A stretch of 41,005 nt of DNA from Burkholderiaceae bacterium (GTDB lineage Bacteria > Pseudomonadota > Gammaproteobacteria > Burkholderiales > Burkholderiaceae_E): positions 1-41,005 of the forward strand of contig JAHEDO010000365.1 in the NCBI GenBank assembly GCA_024641185.1, in the 5' to 3' direction. Each line of letters begins with the position of its first letter. Positions within the stretch are counted from its first letter, which is position 1. Both the position numbers and the translations under genes were made by a program. This document shows positions 38,855 to 41,005 of this stretch, one piece after another. The notes beneath the pieces were generated by a model. It was not told where the DNA came from, did no database searches, and saw only the letters and a program-made list of their open reading frames with translations.

Positions 38855-39667
38855 TCAGTTGCCCGACTCGATTCTCAGCCGGCCCGCGTTCATCGCGTGC
38901 ATCCGCTCGATCGCATCGTCGCTGACCATCAGGTCGCAGAACAGCGTGCGCTCGTCGGCGAGCCCCTGCGCGAGCGGCCGGTCTGTGGCGCCGCGCACCA
39001 GCCGCTTGACGTGAGCGAGCGCGGCCGGCGGCTGCCCCGCGATGCGCTTCGCGATTTCCATCGCGCGCGCCACGGCGGATCCTTCGCAGCATTCGTTGAC
39101 GAGGCCGAGCCGGGCCGCCTCCCGCGGGCCCACGGTGCGCCCCTGAAGGATCAGCTCGAGCGTTCGCGCCTCACCGATCAGCCGGCTCAGTCGCTGCGTG
39201 CCGCCGGCGCCCGGCAGCAGCCCGATGTTCACCTCGGGCAGGCCGATCGGATAGTCGCCGTCCTGGGCGATCCGCAAGTCGCAGGCGAGGGTGATTTCGT
39301 AGCCGCCGCCCATCGCCACGCCGTTGATCGCCGCGATGAAGATCCGCTGGCTCGTCTCGATGCGCCGCTGAGCGACATGGATCGACGACTCGGGCACCGG
39401 ACGCGACGGGTCGAACTCGAGACCGCGCGCGGTCATCGCACGCGCGCGTTCCTCGAGGACGCCCACGTCGTAGTGGCGGATGAACACGCCCTCCTCGGCT
39501 CCTGTCAGCACGATGACGCGCAGTTCGGGCTGCGCGTCGATGCGGTCGAGCGCCAACAGCAGTTCGCGCTCGCTCACATGATCCATCGTGCCCCGTGGCG
39601 GGTTCTTGAACGCTAGGGTCGCGATGCCCGGTGCGTCATGAGTCGCCCGAATCCGTTCGCCATCCAT
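38855..39667 (-). CDS. Enoyl-CoA hydratase/isomerase (crotonase) family protein
   Basis: IAAING.AMGGGYE..LACDLR, LPEV.IGLLPGAGGTQRL; GGAG RBS. Confidence 0.92.
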   Translation of the reverse strand: MDGERIRATHDAPGIATLAFKNPPRGTMDHVSERELLLALDRIDAQPELRVIVLTGAEEGVFIRHYDVGVLEERARAMTARGLEFDPSRPVPESSIHVAQRRIETSQRIFIAAINGVAMGGGYEITLACDLRIAQDGDYPIGLPEVNIGLLPGAGGTQRLSRLIGEARTLELILQGRTVGPREAARLGLVNECCEGSAVARAMEIAKRIAGQPPAALAHVKRLVRGATDRPLAQGLADERTLFCDLMVSDDAIERMHAMNAGRLRIESGN

Positions 39668-39785
39668 CAGTGTGTGCTCCCCTGGCCAAGCGGCGCCGTG
39701 CCCGCCGCGCACTGTCTTCGAGGGTACCTCAGTCGCCGCGCGGCGAGATGCGCGCCGGACAGGGTGGGCGTCGTCGACCGCCGCG

Positions 39786-39830
39786 CCGGTCAGCGAATCG
39801 GGCGGCTAACCGGTCAGCGAACCGGGCGGC
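39786..39830. repeat. Tandem duplication (21-bp core, 24-bp period) spanning the monooxygenase stop codon
   Basis: CCGGTCAGCGAATCGGGCGGC (39786-39806) vs CCGGTCAGCGAACCGGGCGGC (39810-39830), 20/21 identical. Confidence 0.85.
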
Positions 39831-41004
39831 GACAGGTCCGGTCGAGCAGCGACGCCGGCTCCGCCGGCAGTGAGTCACCGCGCCATGCCACCACCTGGTC
39901 CGGCCGCACGAGCACGTAGCGAGACCGATACAGTTCACGCAACGCCTCCGAATCGAGCGCGAGCACCCGAACCGGCATGCCGGACGCGTCGAAGGCGCGC
40001 TGCAGTTCCGACTCTCGCGCCATCGCGCCGATCGCGAGCAGCGTGAACTCGAAACCGAACCGATCGAACAGCGAGGTGCGCTCATCGAGCCACAAGTGTG
40101 GCGCACGTCCGCCGGGCACCGAGGTCGGCTCGTAGGCGTCCGCGCGATCCGCGGGTGGCGCCTCGCCATCGTCGCTGATGATCGGCGAGCCGTCGTAGCG
40201 CGCGCCGAAGGTGACGCCCGGGATGTTGAACTCGGCCCGGGCATGCCGCTCGAGGTACGCGCCCGCTTCGGCGCGAATCGCGTCTCCCCGCGGCCCCGGC
40301 GCCTCGAGCCCGTCGGGCGGCCGATACAGTCCGATCGAATCGGCGAAGCCCCGCGCGAACCTGGTGTTGCGCAGCGCGACCGGCCGGCGCTCGACCTCGT
40401 AACTGTCGAGCAAGGCTTCGTCGGCGATTCCGCGCGAGACCATCGCCAGCTTCCAGCCGAGGTTGACCGCGTCGTCGACCCCGGTGTTGTAGCCCAGGCC
40501 GCCGGTGGGCGTAAAGAGGTGCGCGGCGTCGCCGGCCAGGAAGAAACGGCCCGCACGCAGCCTCTGCGCGACCAGGGCGTGGCCCGCGGTCCACGACGAT
40601 CGCGACAGGATCTCGACGCGGCACTCTCGACCGAGCGCCTGGAAGAACATGGCACGTGCGCGGGCGTCGTCGACATCGCTCGCCTCCTCGCCGGCCTGGA
40701 GCTGCGAGTGGAAGACGAACTCGTCGACGCCGTTGATCGCCGGCATGAACCCGCGCCGCTCGCCGTTGAACGCCCAGTACATCCACGCCGGCGGACGGTC
40801 GATGATCCGGTAGAGGTCCTGCGAGCGGAAGTGCATCGCGTGCATCCGCCCTCCCATGAAGTCGCGCACGACGCCGGTCTCTCCCGCGTAGCCGATGCCC
40901 AGATGCCTGCGCACCGCACCGCGCGCTCCGTCGCAGCCGACGACCCAGCGCGCATGCACGGTGGCTTCCGGGGCCTGCCCGGTGGAAGCGCTCGTGTCGG
41001 GCTC
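39814..41004 (-). CDS. FAD-dependent monooxygenase (group A aromatic hydroxylase-like, FAD_binding_3); 5' truncated
   Basis: VVGCDGA (DG motif), LAGDAAH..PTGGLGYNTG.DDA.NL.WKL (GD motif), PGGRAPH, LVRPD; frame open to the window edge. Confidence 0.9.
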   Translation of the reverse strand, partial: EPDTSASTGQAPEATVHARWVVGCDGARGAVRRHLGIGYAGETGVVRDFMGGRMHAMHFRSQDLYRIIDRPPAWMYWAFNGERRGFMPAINGVDEFVFHSQLQAGEEASDVDDARARAMFFQALGRECRVEILSRSSWTAGHALVAQRLRAGRFFLAGDAAHLFTPTGGLGYNTGVDDAVNLGWKLAMVSRGIADEALLDSYEVERRPVALRNTRFARGFADSIGLYRPPDGLEAPGPRGDAIRAEAGAYLERHARAEFNIPGVTFGARYDGSPIISDDGEAPPADRADAYEPTSVPGGRAPHLWLDERTSLFDRFGFEFTLLAIGAMARESELQRAFDASGMPVRVLALDSEALRELYRSRYVLVRPDQVVAWRGDSLPAEPASLLDRTCRRPVR

Positions 41005-41005
41005 G

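Noticed and set aside
1-41005. Prophage, IS, integron, toxin-antitoxin or defence system
   Set aside because: No integrase, transposase, nuclease or phage-like ORFs, and no extended low-GC island; nearly all coding space is explained by known families.

Overview
High-GC core-genome segment of a betaproteobacterium, most likely Burkholderiales (judged from gene order and protein style). GC content is roughly 68-70% by eye and was not computed. It is densely coding. In order it holds: 'leuS-lptE-holA-proA-hemJ-(GST-kappa/DsbA family)-rlmL-like; convergent pilU-pilT; divergent yggS; rpsT/murJ; proC; a long minus-strand run gyrA-(AEC transporter)-pheA-hisC-tyrA-[inverted hypothetical]-aroA-cmk-rpsA-ihfB-lapA-lapB-hldA-hldD-comEA-ubiA; amidohydrolase-ompA-ubiG-HAD phosphatase; and a minus-strand MCE/ABC four-gene cassette preceded by a crotonase and a 5'-truncated FAD monooxygenase. 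I found no CRISPR array, intact tRNA/rRNA, integrase, transposase or defence system, and no clear new multi-gene system. The most notable anomalies are (1) a class II (Pseudomonas/CP4-type) EPSP synthase next to an inverted uncharacterised gene that splits the aromatic operon, (2) a structured rpsT 3' region with a tandem repeat at a rearrangement junction between yggS and proC, (3) promoters embedded in coding sequences, and (4) several departures from the usual synteny. Family assignments rest on motif recognition and recalled synteny; no database searches were run.
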